A DNA stretch of 64,000 nt from Desulfosudaceae bacterium. Its GTDB lineage: Bacteria; Desulfobacterota; Desulfobacteria; Desulfobacterales; Desulfosudaceae. Positions 50,501 to 58,887 of this stretch are shown piece by piece. The notes beneath the pieces were generated by a model. That model did no database searches. It was not told the DNA's origin and worked only from the letters and a program-made list of their open reading frames with translations. The position numbers and the translations under genes were made by a program. The stretch spans positions 2,368,001-2,432,000 of the forward strand of contig CAXXDV010000003.1 of the NCBI GenBank assembly GCA_963674745.2, given 5' to 3'. How positions within the stretch are numbered: the stretch's first letter is position 1; every line of letters starts with the position of its first letter.

Positions 50501-53500
50501 ACGGGTTTGGACGTACGCATTTCGCCCATGATGACCTGGTCGTCCCGGTTGAGGTGAAAGTATATATGGGCGATGGACAGTATTGCTGTCAGGTTATCCG
50601 GGACGTTGGCCGTCACGGGCAGAACGATGGGATCGGACTCGAATGTCTCGCCCGGGGGTATGCGGACCACGCTGGTGCCGTCGGTCAGGGTGACCACCAT
50701 GGAACCGGTGGCGCATTGGAAATTCTGTGTCGCGACGGGAAGGCCGTCTTCATCTTCCAGGGTGAGGACGATTTCGTCGGAGGGATCGTCACCGGAATTG
50801 CGGGCGCTGACGATTTCGATTTCCTCGGCGCAGGTGTTTTCCAGGCTGAACCTGGCCGCACCTTCGCCACCGCGGGTAAAGGTTTCCGTGGTCAGGCGCA
50901 GGCCCAGCAGACCGTCGCCCACGTCAATCCGGCCGTTTCGGACAATCCGGATGGTTTCATTGTCATCTTCGGTAATTTCGATGGTGGTGGTGATTTCAGC
51001 CAGATCGGGCAAATTTTCATAACCACCGATAATAACGGCAACATCCCTGCTTTCCCCGGCTGCAAGCGAGATCGGAAGAGACTGATGGGATTTTACCGTG
51101 ACGTCGTCATTCAACACGACATCGACCTTAAGCCTGATATTATCGATATCGCCGCCGGAATGGTTACTGACCGTGTAGTTCAGCCCGTTCATGATACCGC
51201 GATCGATCCGGGCGCTTTCTGCCATAGCGGCGGTCACCAGCGGCAGGGTGATGACACGGTCCAGGCTCTCGACCCCGGAGGCGTTCTCCGTCGTCACGGT
51301 ATAGGTACGCTGGTCTTCAGCATAACCCGTATCGGTATAGGTATTGGTGGTAATCAGGGCAGCGTTGAGCGGCTGTTTGTTCGGTTCTTCGCCCAGGTAG
51401 ATATTACACCCGGCAATGGTTCCGGTGGTGGTCCAGGTAATAACCGGATCGGACAGGTCTTCCTGGACGATGTCGATCGAGGTGACCGGCAGCAGGCCGG
51501 GATCCAGGTATTCGTTATTGGACGGTGTGGACAAATTGCCGGCCGCGTCCACGGCCACGATCACGTAGTTGTGCTCGGTCAAGGAGGGGTTGGGATCGAT
51601 GATCGAATTCATGTTCAACGGGATCCCCTGCCTCACAGGTTGCAGGCCCGTGACCGAGGATATTTCGCCGGCGGCCCTGTAAAGAGAGAACGTCACCTGA
51701 TCGGTACCGGTAAAACTCCAGTCGACCTGGATCCCGTTTGGCGTCAGGGTCAATGGCAACAGTGTGGGCTGAACCGGGATGACGGAATCCGAGTTGACGC
51801 TTTGCGCCAGAATTCGCTGATCACTTTCTCCGGTCTCCTCGTTTTCCGTTCTGAGGCTGGTAACGGCATAGTAATAATCTCCGTCCGTGCCGGGCTGGTC
51901 CGTATAGGTCGTTATTCCCGAAGCGACTTCATCAATCTCTGCCAGCGAACCGGTTGTTGTACCCCGATAAATCCTGTAGCCGGAAGCATTTTCCACCGCG
52001 TCCCAGGTAAGTTCAATTTGACCGGCGGGCAGAGCGGTTGCGTTCAGACCGTCGGGCCTTTCCAGCGCCGGCAGGTCGCCCTGATAGACCTCAAAGGCGT
52101 TATCCGCGATGATGATATCTCCGACATTACCCAGGGCGTCAATTCCCGCAAAAGAAAAGAACAGGTCTTCATAATCGGCTGATACCGCCAGTGCCGGCAG
52201 GGTAAACGTTACCTGCCAGGTCTGGACATCGTCCGACTGGGGGGGAACGATTTCATCCGGAACATTCGTCGGGTAAAACGTTTCCGGGGCACCGGAAAGC
52301 GCCCATTCGAATACCGGATAATCGTCTTCACCGCTTTGCGCGACCGGTTCATCCAGACCAAAAACAGCCGTAATCATCACGGGATTGTTGTTATCAATCG
52401 GTACCGCCGGGAACACATCCAGCCGGACCACTTCCGGCCCACGGGCATCGACCAGGATCGACTGATATTCTGTCGGCACGTAGGTGCCGCGGTTGCCGAC
52501 CTTGTCCCGGGCGGAAAATACAGCATAGGTTTCCCCTGAGATTGTACCCGGTTCGATAATAAAATAACCGGTATATTCCGTGTCTGACAATTTGGTCAGG
52601 TCAACCGGTATGAGCACACCGCCGTCAGGCACCATGCTGAAAAACGGCGTGGTCAGAAGGGGTTCACTGACCACCAGCGTCACGTCCACCCGGCCGGGGC
52701 CGAAGGCGCCGTTGTCGGGGTTAACCGGTCCCTGGGGCGTATAGGTTATTTCGAGTGCCTCCGGATCGGTGTCATCGGTTTGAACTTCCACCTGGTTGGA
52801 CAGGGCGCTTTTCGTACCCAGGCTGTTGACGGACGTAATCCGGTAATAATAAAGGCCTTCGTCCGGTGTATCGAGAAACTGAAGAGTGGTCACCGGCACC
52901 GCGTTAACCTTGATTGTTCCGCTGATTGCGTCAAACGGCGCGGTATGGCGGTAAACATTATACCCGGACAGATCACTGGCAGCGCAATTCCAGGTCAAGC
53001 GGGCTTTTCCGTCTTCAAGTGGCGTGGCGGTCAAATGCATGGGCGCGTCCGGGATATCCGTATTCAGAATGACGCTTATGGTATTGCTGTCAACACTCTG
53101 GCCGGCGCGATTGGCCGCCCTGGCTTTGACATTATTTGTTCCTTCGACAGGAAGAGTGGCATTGCCGGAAAAATTGCCGGTCGCCCCGGTTATGGCGGTT
53201 TCCTGCTGGGCAGTGCCGTTGACGTAAAAGGTTATGGTCGAAAGGGGCTCGGCAGTTCCCTTGACGGTTACAACACTCTGGTTGGTGGCATACCCATTAG
53301 ACGGGCTGGTGAATACGGGCGCGTCTGGCGCCGGCAGCGCGACGACAAAATTATAATCCGTAGTCGCTGTGTTGCCGATGGTGTCGTAAACCGTCACCTC
53401 CAGGGTATATGTTTTGTTTTCGATATCTGGGGCCAGCAGGTCAATATTACAGGTATAGACCGATGAATAATCCGTGGCCTGAACAACGGTTGCACTGCCG

Positions 53501-56500
53501 TCCAGCACGGTAAATTCAACCCTGCTGATGCCGGACGCGTCCGAGGCGGTAAGTTCAAAAGCGCCTGATTCGGATATCTGGCCGCCGCTGGTAAAATCAG
53601 CGCCGTCGTATTTAATGGTACCGATTTCCGGCGGGATTATGTCGGCCATGGGCATCACCGGACCGAACGCACTGATAATGTCGTCCTTATATCCGGAAAT
53701 ATTCACCGTGGCCACGGCGAAATAATAATCCTGGCCGTTGGTCAGGCCGGTCACCTGGGCGGAGGTCGCGGTGGTATTCAAAGCCCAGGTCATTTCACTG
53801 ATCGACGCCGGGGCACTGGCTGCCGTACTCTTGTAAATCGCGTACCGTTTAATGGGACTGACCGGATCGCTGTCGTTGACGGTCGGCGCGGTCCAGGTCA
53901 AAGTAACATAGCCGTCATGGGAGTCAGCTGTCTGAATGGCCGGGTTGTCCACCAAGGTGGCGGCATTGATCTGAATACCATTGCTCTGGTTTCCGTCTCC
54001 ATCAACAGCGATGATTTTAAATGTAAAGGACGAAGCCGGTGTCAGCCCGGTGACCTGATAGGGAGGGACCGCGTCTTCGTCGAACAGGCCACCATCAAAA
54101 GAGACCTGGTGTTCTTCAAAATCTATTGATGTTGAAGGGGTCCAGTCAAAGGTCAGGCTGTTCGTCCCGCAAACGGAAACCGTCAGGTTGGTGGCTTCTG
54201 CCGGTGCCCCGACATCTACCGGTGTAGCCGAGGCGGCATTGACGGATGTGTCAAACTGTTCGTTGGCGTCAACCGGCACGACGGCAAAGCAATAGGCGGT
54301 TTCCCTGGTCAGGCCGGTAACGGTGTAAGCGAAATTTCCGGGTTGGACATCGGCAATGGGTGCCATTTCCGAAACATCGGTGGCGCAAGTGGACTCAACC
54401 GGTTCGCTCTGATAAACATCATACCGAATGATATCGCTTCCCTGGGCACCTTCATCATAGGTCCAGCTCAGGCCGACCGTGGTGCCGTCGCCGTTCCCGT
54501 CCGCATTCAGCCCAATAATCTGGGCCGGGACCGTATCATCATAAAAAATCTCTACCGCCTCAGCCGGATCGCTTTCATTACCCACCCGGTCAACTGCCTT
54601 GAACACGAGAGAGTTACTGCCCTCTTCCAGGGTGACCTGATATTCCCAGATGGTTCCCGAAGTATGGCTCACCGCCGGGCTGTCATTCAAATAGATGGCA
54701 TCATAGGCTTCTTTGGTCCCGGTGACGGTCTGCGTGATTGAATTGGTCGGCGAGGTCACCGGGTCAACGCCCGGAACCGGCGGCGGGGTGTTGTCCACCT
54801 CAAAATGTGATTTGTAAATTGGCGACAGATTTCCGGCGATGTCGGCCAGTTGGATGGTTACCGTGTAGGCGGATTCAACAAAAGGCGTGTTAAACGGTCT
54901 GGTGAAGACCCAGGGATTACCGGATGTGTCCCAGGAACCATTAACGGGGTCATCATTCCTGTCGGTAATGGTATACACGGAATCGGCCGTATCCAGGCCA
55001 TCGGCATACTCAATAAACGAGACTTCAACCGTAGACGGGGCATCGGCCAGCTTGAAAAAGGTGTTGTCTGCCGGCGTGATGTTAGTAACAAGCGGTGGAG
55101 GCGTATCAACACAGGGACTGACAGAAGCCAGCGGGTTATCGGCGTTAACACGATCTGTCCCATTGGTGTCAGTACCGTTATCCTCCCACCAGTTGCTTTC
55201 GGCACTGACAATTGAACCAGTCGGATCATTTAAACCAGTCGTATCATTATAAACACCATAGCCGGAATTATTCATTAAATTGTTTTGAGAGATAACGGGC
55301 TGGGCGCCATTTTTGGTATAGATACCGTAGAGATTTTCTATAATATTATTGCATTTGATGACGGCATTGTCACACCCATTACCGTTGGCGTAGATACCGG
55401 AATGGCTGCCGGCACGAATAACGTTGTTCTGAATGGTTGGCGCGGTGTTATTCAGATAAAGGTTGGCATTGTTGGTATGACCACCGTATTCGATGGTACA
55501 GTAATTCAGCTGGGTATCACTGCCTGTATTGCTGGAAAAGTATATCCCTTTCCAGTCTCCATGGCGCTGCGGACTGACGTTGGAAGTAAATATAATATGG
55601 TCATCCTGTTCACCGACAGCTAAAAGCGAGCCCCAGGAACCAGTGCCCGACCCTATCGTCAGGCCCTTACCCGCGTTAAACTTAATGATCGCACCCGGGG
55701 TAATTGTCAGTTTTGCATTACTGTAAATATTTACATTCCCCTGAACAACAAAAGGCAGGTCCTGAGCACTCCAGGTACAGCTTCCTCTGATATTACTGGC
55801 CCTTACCAATATGCCGTCCTCGCCATTACCGGATCCCTGGCTGCCGGTTATTGTATTAATAAATCCTGCGGTACTGACAGCAGCGCCCACATTGTCCTCA
55901 AACAAATTATCAGCTATTGTCGTAGTATAGGCCGTACTGCCTTCACCATTATCGCAATATATACCATCAGACTGGTTATCCATGATCTGGCAGTTAGATA
56001 TTACGGGGTTTGAATGGTATAGGTATATGCCATGTCCACTGCTCTTCCGGACGATGACGTCACCCGTGGTTGTATCGCCTATGGAGAATCCACTAGTAGA
56101 AGAAGCCAGATAGAGGTTGGCATTGTTGGTATTACCGCCGTATTCGATGGTACAGTAATTCAGCTGGGTATCACTGCCTGTATTGCTGGAAAAGTATATC
56201 CCTTTCCAGTCTCCATGGCTCTGCGGACTGACGTTGGAAGTAAATATAATATGGTCATCCTGTTCACCGACAGCTAAAAGCGAGCCCCAGGAACCAGTGC
56301 CCGACCCTATCGTCAGGCCCTTACCCGCGTTAAACTTAATGATCGCACCCGGGGTAATTGTCAGTTTTGCATTACTGTAAATATTTACATTCCCCTGAAC
56401 AACAAAAGGCAGGTCCTGAGCACTCCAGGTACAGCTTCCTCTGATATTACTGGCCCTTACCAATATGCCGTCCTCGCCATTACCGGATCCCTGGCTGCCG

Positions 56501-57909
56501 GTTATTGTATTAATAAATCCTGCGGTACTGACAGCAGCGCCCACATTGTCCTCAAACAAATTATCAGCTATTGTCGTAGTATAGGCCGTACTGCCTTCAC
56601 CATTATCGCAATATATACCATCAGACTGGTTATCCATGATCTGGCAGTTAGATATTACGGGGTTTGAATGGTATAGGTATATGCCATGTCCACTGCTCTT
56701 CCGGACGATGACGTCACCCGTGGTTGTATCGCCTATGGAGAATCCACTAGTAGAAGAAGCCAGATAGAGGTTGGCATTGTTGGTATTACCGCCGTATTCG
56801 ATGGTACAGTAATTCAGCTGGGTATCACTGCCTGTATTGCTGGAAAAGTATATCCCTTTCCAGTCTCCATGGTTCTGCGGACTAACGTTGGAAGTAAATA
56901 TAATATGGTCATCCTGTTCACCGACAGCTAAAAGCGTGCCCCAGGAACCACTGCCCGACCCTATCGTCAGGCCCTTACCCGCGTTAAACTTAATGATCGC
57001 ACCCGGGGTAATTGTCAGTTTTGCATTACTGTAAATATTTACATTCCCCTGAACAACAAAAGGCAGGTCCTGAGCACTCCAGGTACAGCTTCCTCTGATA
57101 TTACTGGCCCTTACCAATATGCCGTCCTCGCCATTACCGGATCCCTGGCTGCCGGTTATTGTATTAATGTATCCTGCGGTACTGACAGCAGCGCCCACAT
57201 TGTCCTCAAACAAATTATCAGCTATTGTCATCGTATACGAACTGCTTTCACCATTTTCACAATAGATACCATCAGACTGGTTATCCATGATCCGGCAGTT
57301 AGATATTACGGGGTTTGAATGGTATAGGTATATGCCATGTCCACTGCTCTTCCGGACGATGACGTCACCCGTGGTTGTATCGCCTATGGAGAATCCACTA
57401 GTAGAAGAAGCCAGATAGAGGTTGGCATTGTTGGTATTACCGCCGTATTCGATGGTACAGTAATTCAGCTGGGTATTACCGCCGGTGTTGCTGGAAAAGT
57501 ATATTCCTCTCCAGTCCCCAGGATTCTGCGGGCTGACGTTGGAGGTGAATACAATATGATTACCCTGCTCACCGACAGCAGAAAGCGTGCCCCAGGAACC
57601 ACTGCCCGACCCTATCGTCAGGCCCACTCCCGCGTTAAACTTGATAACAACACCGGGATCAATGGTTAATTTCGCGTTATTACGTATGGTTACATTGGCA
57701 GTAACAATATAAGGGCTACCGGAGACTGTCCAGGTTGTGCTGGCCGTAATACTTTCACTGACATTTGTGTCAGCAAAAGAAAGATCAGGTATCCCGACCA
57801 GAAACACCGGGAGCATCAGAATAACCATCATCATGCGAATCATGAACTGGTGATTGAATATTTGTCTTTGTCGAACTCCTGGTCTCTTGTCCGTAGTCAA
57901 AGCCGTCAT
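44587..57909 (-). CDS. Giant Rhs/YD-repeat protein with beta-helix, Ig/FN3-like stalk and variable C-terminus
   Basis: ~4440 aa: N-terminal hydrophobic signal, right-handed beta-helix repeats, FN3/Ig-like modules, YD repeats, and core HNDHLGTP..NLRFPGQYYDEETGLHYN..DP..DSLGL. Start at 57909 has a GAGG RBS; 57951 is also possible. Confidence 0.93.
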   Translation of the reverse strand: MTALTTDKRPGVRQRQIFNHQFMIRMMMVILMLPVFLVGIPDLSFADTNVSESITASTTWTVSGSPYIVTANVTIRNNAKLTIDPGVVIKFNAGVGLTIGSGSGSWGTLSAVGEQGNHIVFTSNVSPQNPGDWRGIYFSSNTGGNTQLNYCTIEYGGNTNNANLYLASSTSGFSIGDTTTGDVIVRKSSGHGIYLYHSNPVISNCRIMDNQSDGIYCENGESSSYTMTIADNLFEDNVGAAVSTAGYINTITGSQGSGNGEDGILVRASNIRGSCTWSAQDLPFVVQGNVNIYSNAKLTITPGAIIKFNAGKGLTIGSGSGSWGTLLAVGEQDDHIIFTSNVSPQNHGDWKGIYFSSNTGSDTQLNYCTIEYGGNTNNANLYLASSTSGFSIGDTTTGDVIVRKSSGHGIYLYHSNPVISNCQIMDNQSDGIYCDNGEGSTAYTTTIADNLFEDNVGAAVSTAGFINTITGSQGSGNGEDGILVRASNIRGSCTWSAQDLPFVVQGNVNIYSNAKLTITPGAIIKFNAGKGLTIGSGTGSWGSLLAVGEQDDHIIFTSNVSPQSHGDWKGIYFSSNTGSDTQLNYCTIEYGGNTNNANLYLASSTSGFSIGDTTTGDVIVRKSSGHGIYLYHSNPVISNCQIMDNQSDGIYCDNGEGSTAYTTTIADNLFEDNVGAAVSTAGFINTITGSQGSGNGEDGILVRASNIRGSCTWSAQDLPFVVQGNVNIYSNAKLTITPGAIIKFNAGKGLTIGSGTGSWGSLLAVGEQDDHIIFTSNVSPQRHGDWKGIYFSSNTGSDTQLNYCTIEYGGHTNNANLYLNNTAPTIQNNVIRAGSHSGIYANGNGCDNAVIKCNNIIENLYGIYTKNGAQPVISQNNLMNNSGYGVYNDTTGLNDPTGSIVSAESNWWEDNGTDTNGTDRVNADNPLASVSPCVDTPPPLVTNITPADNTFFKLADAPSTVEVSFIEYADGLDTADSVYTITDRNDDPVNGSWDTSGNPWVFTRPFNTPFVESAYTVTIQLADIAGNLSPIYKSHFEVDNTPPPVPGVDPVTSPTNSITQTVTGTKEAYDAIYLNDSPAVSHTSGTIWEYQVTLEEGSNSLVFKAVDRVGNESDPAEAVEIFYDDTVPAQIIGLNADGNGDGTTVGLSWTYDEGAQGSDIIRYDVYQSEPVESTCATDVSEMAPIADVQPGNFAYTVTGLTRETAYCFAVVPVDANEQFDTSVNAASATPVDVGAPAEATNLTVSVCGTNSLTFDWTPSTSIDFEEHQVSFDGGLFDEDAVPPYQVTGLTPASSFTFKIIAVDGDGNQSNGIQINAATLVDNPAIQTADSHDGYVTLTWTAPTVNDSDPVSPIKRYAIYKSTAASAPASISEMTWALNTTATSAQVTGLTNGQDYYFAVATVNISGYKDDIISAFGPVMPMADIIPPEIGTIKYDGADFTSGGQISESGAFELTASDASGISRVEFTVLDGSATVVQATDYSSVYTCNIDLLAPDIENKTYTLEVTVYDTIGNTATTDYNFVVALPAPDAPVFTSPSNGYATNQSVVTVKGTAEPLSTITFYVNGTAQQETAITGATGNFSGNATLPVEGTNNVKARAANRAGQSVDSNTISVILNTDIPDAPMHLTATPLEDGKARLTWNCAASDLSGYNVYRHTAPFDAISGTIKVNAVPVTTLQFLDTPDEGLYYYRITSVNSLGTKSALSNQVEVQTDDTDPEALEITYTPQGPVNPDNGAFGPGRVDVTLVVSEPLLTTPFFSMVPDGGVLIPVDLTKLSDTEYTGYFIIEPGTISGETYAVFSARDKVGNRGTYVPTEYQSILVDARGPEVVRLDVFPAVPIDNNNPVMITAVFGLDEPVAQSGEDDYPVFEWALSGAPETFYPTNVPDEIVPPQSDDVQTWQVTFTLPALAVSADYEDLFFSFAGIDALGNVGDIIIADNAFEVYQGDLPALERPDGLNATALPAGQIELTWDAVENASGYRIYRGTTTGSLAEIDEVASGITTYTDQPGTDGDYYYAVTSLRTENEETGESDQRILAQSVNSDSVIPVQPTLLPLTLTPNGIQVDWSFTGTDQVTFSLYRAAGEISSVTGLQPVRQGIPLNMNSIIDPNPSLTEHNYVIVAVDAAGNLSTPSNNEYLDPGLLPVTSIDIVQEDLSDPVITWTTTGTIAGCNIYLGEEPNKQPLNAALITTNTYTDTGYAEDQRTYTVTTENASGVESLDRVITLPLVTAAMAESARIDRGIMNGLNYTVSNHSGGDIDNIRLKVDVVLNDDVTVKSHQSLPISLAAGESRDVAVIIGGYENLPDLAEITTTIEITEDDNETIRIVRNGRIDVGDGLLGLRLTTETFTRGGEGAARFSLENTCAEEIEIVSARNSGDDPSDEIVLTLEDEDGLPVATQNFQCATGSMVVTLTDGTSVVRIPPGETFESDPIVLPVTANVPDNLTAILSIAHIYFHLNRDDQVIMGEMRTSKPVTLTETSYIGEVTSVTPANATGDTDITISGRAVERGTEANPVLLSGVPLTVVISNNGFERTAEVYTDDNGLFEYLFTPTTGDAGTFQVCAVHPDLTERPVQDTFVISRVNLQYSSYKLTVPRGNGHTVTIAATAGSATTATNLRFEVDGTLPSGVTVICGDPITISDESGQVSFTVEGDSPADVEFTLRLVSDESPAGGWTTLDVELSLVDSRPSLWVTPDFIQAGLNAGSTATESVTLENKGYADMEGLILSVINTDAVGSQAPEWIYIASSTQISAIAPGDTSKVDIVLSPPADFTPDILSFYLKITSLNHATVKVPFSVTVTTDVTGRVLFHVSDIYTGTLDEYNEPIYGLANARILLQNEATGDDETLTTDAQGEAMSQELPVGSYRYRVRSDNHQELAGRVWVKPGITRAHEVFLPNQLVTVEWEVVETTIADKYEIIYNATFETNVPAAVVVADPAVINIPDDMNTGDVMNGEITLTNHGLIRADEVGLNDVSNKYFQVEYIGVPESILPHQVVTVPYRITCLMKPGADEGQDGTGGKQCCAHNKICGEGDYTFECANGVVTEASFESCAEWDVCVEYDPATQTCVIVPTDNPPGLDKAKELIEQDFEEFMDELMPDGDTAALCAPPANCSDPDGESCIKKMDFTRKHRFVITGSGVDLLNQTYNRDDTDLSIQVPGGLFKLTRKYSDKKWDWGLSRYDLELEYAGELVDSIDKDGIKYEKSSVVVPGTLAMFTNNSFKIIQQMDGTFVWQSRFGDYKIYDEQGRLTEVGDAKGPQRHLIYNGDYLAGLADKNNQQYLWLDHDTAGRIIRISDDYDREVLYTYTPEGWLETVVSVSDTGESRMIYGYGYDAEGKLTNVWLPANKQINIATDDPTYTITYNDFNMVKSVTDINGESKQFGYNYFEDRKEYYASVSDTSGQIKESWFDADGDTRRVDINGETQFRVEKEGRITRIIQNGHTTTRYEDEWGNRIKEVYPDGSFITRQYERDLNRLIRETDENGIVTAYTYDSQGNRASKTEAVGTTEERTTQYVYNNGHLIETRILGTSDIVTTMTYDPDGNQTSITTDAEGEAVTTRFIHDIMGNVLTKTVENPDGDDLVWTYTYDAMGNLLTAEDPEHKVTRYEYDFGGRKTKQIAPDLTETLFEYDMLGNMIKQTVVMDPADASKDIITTFEYGFDNKLVKMIDSEGAITEYAYDSRGRRVKTIDPAGNEIVTEYDPVSSEGGCTSCGGTADQPISVTYPTFEKAFVYDERNRKIAEQVIVPEGETLETRFVYDPAGNLIEKTDKDNQITYYEYDALNRLVRVTDPNQGQTAYAYDNRDNMTSLTDAQGNTTAFAYDGNNRLAKETRPEGEITTYDYDLMGNLIEKIDAKDQKTEYDYNNAGQLDETRYYDASLTLVKTVSFTYDDAGNLDGYNDGTTSAVYVYDNAGRKTSETVTYGSYSWTNTYTHLKNGLKKTFTGPDNVTYTYMYDTANRLAGVQMPAGIGFLTVNGYNWNRPAGFTLPGGGARAFEYDPLMRIKQIIGKDPGGNDLLNYDYTYDTMDNITSKATEHGDYGYEYDALHRLTDVDNPEAAGLTDEEFTYDNVGNRLTTEDSTSDWDYNFNNELQSSSDSTGDAVYEYDDNGNTIKKTVAGVVTNYVYNVEDRLTEVRDDSNNLIASYYYDPFGRRLSKTVGSTTTYYHYSDEGLVAEIDSYGNVDKTYGWQPGGTWGTDPLFMRESGTYFFYHNDHLGTPQKLTSSNGAVVWSAKYSSFGEATVEVDTVENNLRFPGQYYDEETGLHYNMWRYYDPETGRYLRVDPVDSDKGSSIFAYASNNSINNIDSLGLCEAGYCDRWRLTIVSVIGATIETGGVVINAELRADPERCCIQGSDYQYVGIGIGFSFKNVPTFIVSGDGQWFDTPCISLKEHVGFGRATSWGVGVRSSYGHLWVNTPQAYLRFKGWSKGLDLGAMTTTGHWSLKEGTNYS
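55455..57660. repeat. Near-identical 654-bp intragenic tandem repeats (~3.4 copies)
   Basis: GTATTCGATGGTACAGTAATTCAGCTGGGTAT recurs at 55486, 56140, 56794 and 57445. Confidence 0.95.
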
Positions 57910-58050
57910 GGGGTATGACCTCACTTGTTGATTATGTTTGGATAACGTCATATTATAAAAAATTTTTATTTCGTCTTAAATGCGTCGGTACCAGTGTTAA
58001 GAAGGCCAATGGCCTAATATCTCTATTCCCATCCCCACGGTACTTATTCA

Positions 58051-58875
58051 TCAATCACCACAGCTCTTGCATTTACCTGTAAACATCATTCGATCGTCAC
58101 GGGGGGCTCTGGACAAATCCAGGTTATGAAGATATCTGGCGAACCCATCAAGCCCGTCTTTAAGAAAAAACACATGCCTGACACCCGCTTCATGTAACCG
58201 CTTTCTGATGGCTGTGTATCCTTCGCCGGTATCGTTAAACACCAACACGTTATTGGCCGGGTGTTCCTGATTATATTTTTTCAGGATTTCGATTGCGGTT
58301 TCGTCGGCCGGATCAAGAGCGACCGCGTCCTGGAAAAGCGAACCCGTATTTTTACCGGGAGCAGCATTGATTGCTAAAAATGATTGATACTTACTTTCCT
58401 GGTAAACATCAGAGGGTTCCACCATCCATATATCCGATCTGGCAAACACATCACCTGTTAATGAGAAATCCTTCTCCAGCCAGGCATTGATACCACCGCG
58501 CAGGATTGAGACATTAAAGCCCTGCTCTTTGAGTCGCCCGGCTTCCTTTTCTAAAAGGCCGTAATTAAACCCGTTGTTGGTCAGCACCAGCGTGCTTCGT
58601 TTAAAGAACGGCTTGGTCTTGACCGCATAAAGCGGGATATTGATGGCGGAGGTGATGTGAATTTTCTCATAGTCCGGCCGGTTTCTGACATCCACGATCA
58701 GCACTGGTTTTTTCTGTTCCATCTTATGGCGGATCGCATTCGCGCTACGGGTAAAGGTGTAGTCGTGGGTCAGGGGTGCCTGCCCGGTTTTGACCATGCC
58801 GGGTTCAACCGCTGACGCTATAGCCGCGAAACCAAGGATAAAGGCCGTATTTAACAAAAGAATAAATGGCTTCAT
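58051..58875 (-). CDS. Exported rhodanese-like domain protein
   Basis: Signal peptide, LIVDVR..YEKIHITSAINIP, LRGGINAW, a second degenerate domain (LKDGLDGF) and C-terminal CKSC. Confidence 0.82.
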   Translation of the reverse strand: MKPFILLLNTAFILGFAAIASAVEPGMVKTGQAPLTHDYTFTRSANAIRHKMEQKKPVLIVDVRNRPDYEKIHITSAINIPLYAVKTKPFFKRSTLVLTNNGFNYGLLEKEAGRLKEQGFNVSILRGGINAWLEKDFSLTGDVFARSDIWMVEPSDVYQESKYQSFLAINAAPGKNTGSLFQDAVALDPADETAIEILKKYNQEHPANNVLVFNDTGEGYTAIRKRLHEAGVRHVFFLKDGLDGFARYLHNLDLSRAPRDDRMMFTGKCKSCGD

Positions 58876-58887
58876 TTAAATCGATTC

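Noticed and set aside
47134..52182. Long plus-strand ORFs 47134-48471, 48541-49650 and 50554-52182
   Set aside because: Antisense shadows of the rhs gene caused by codon bias.
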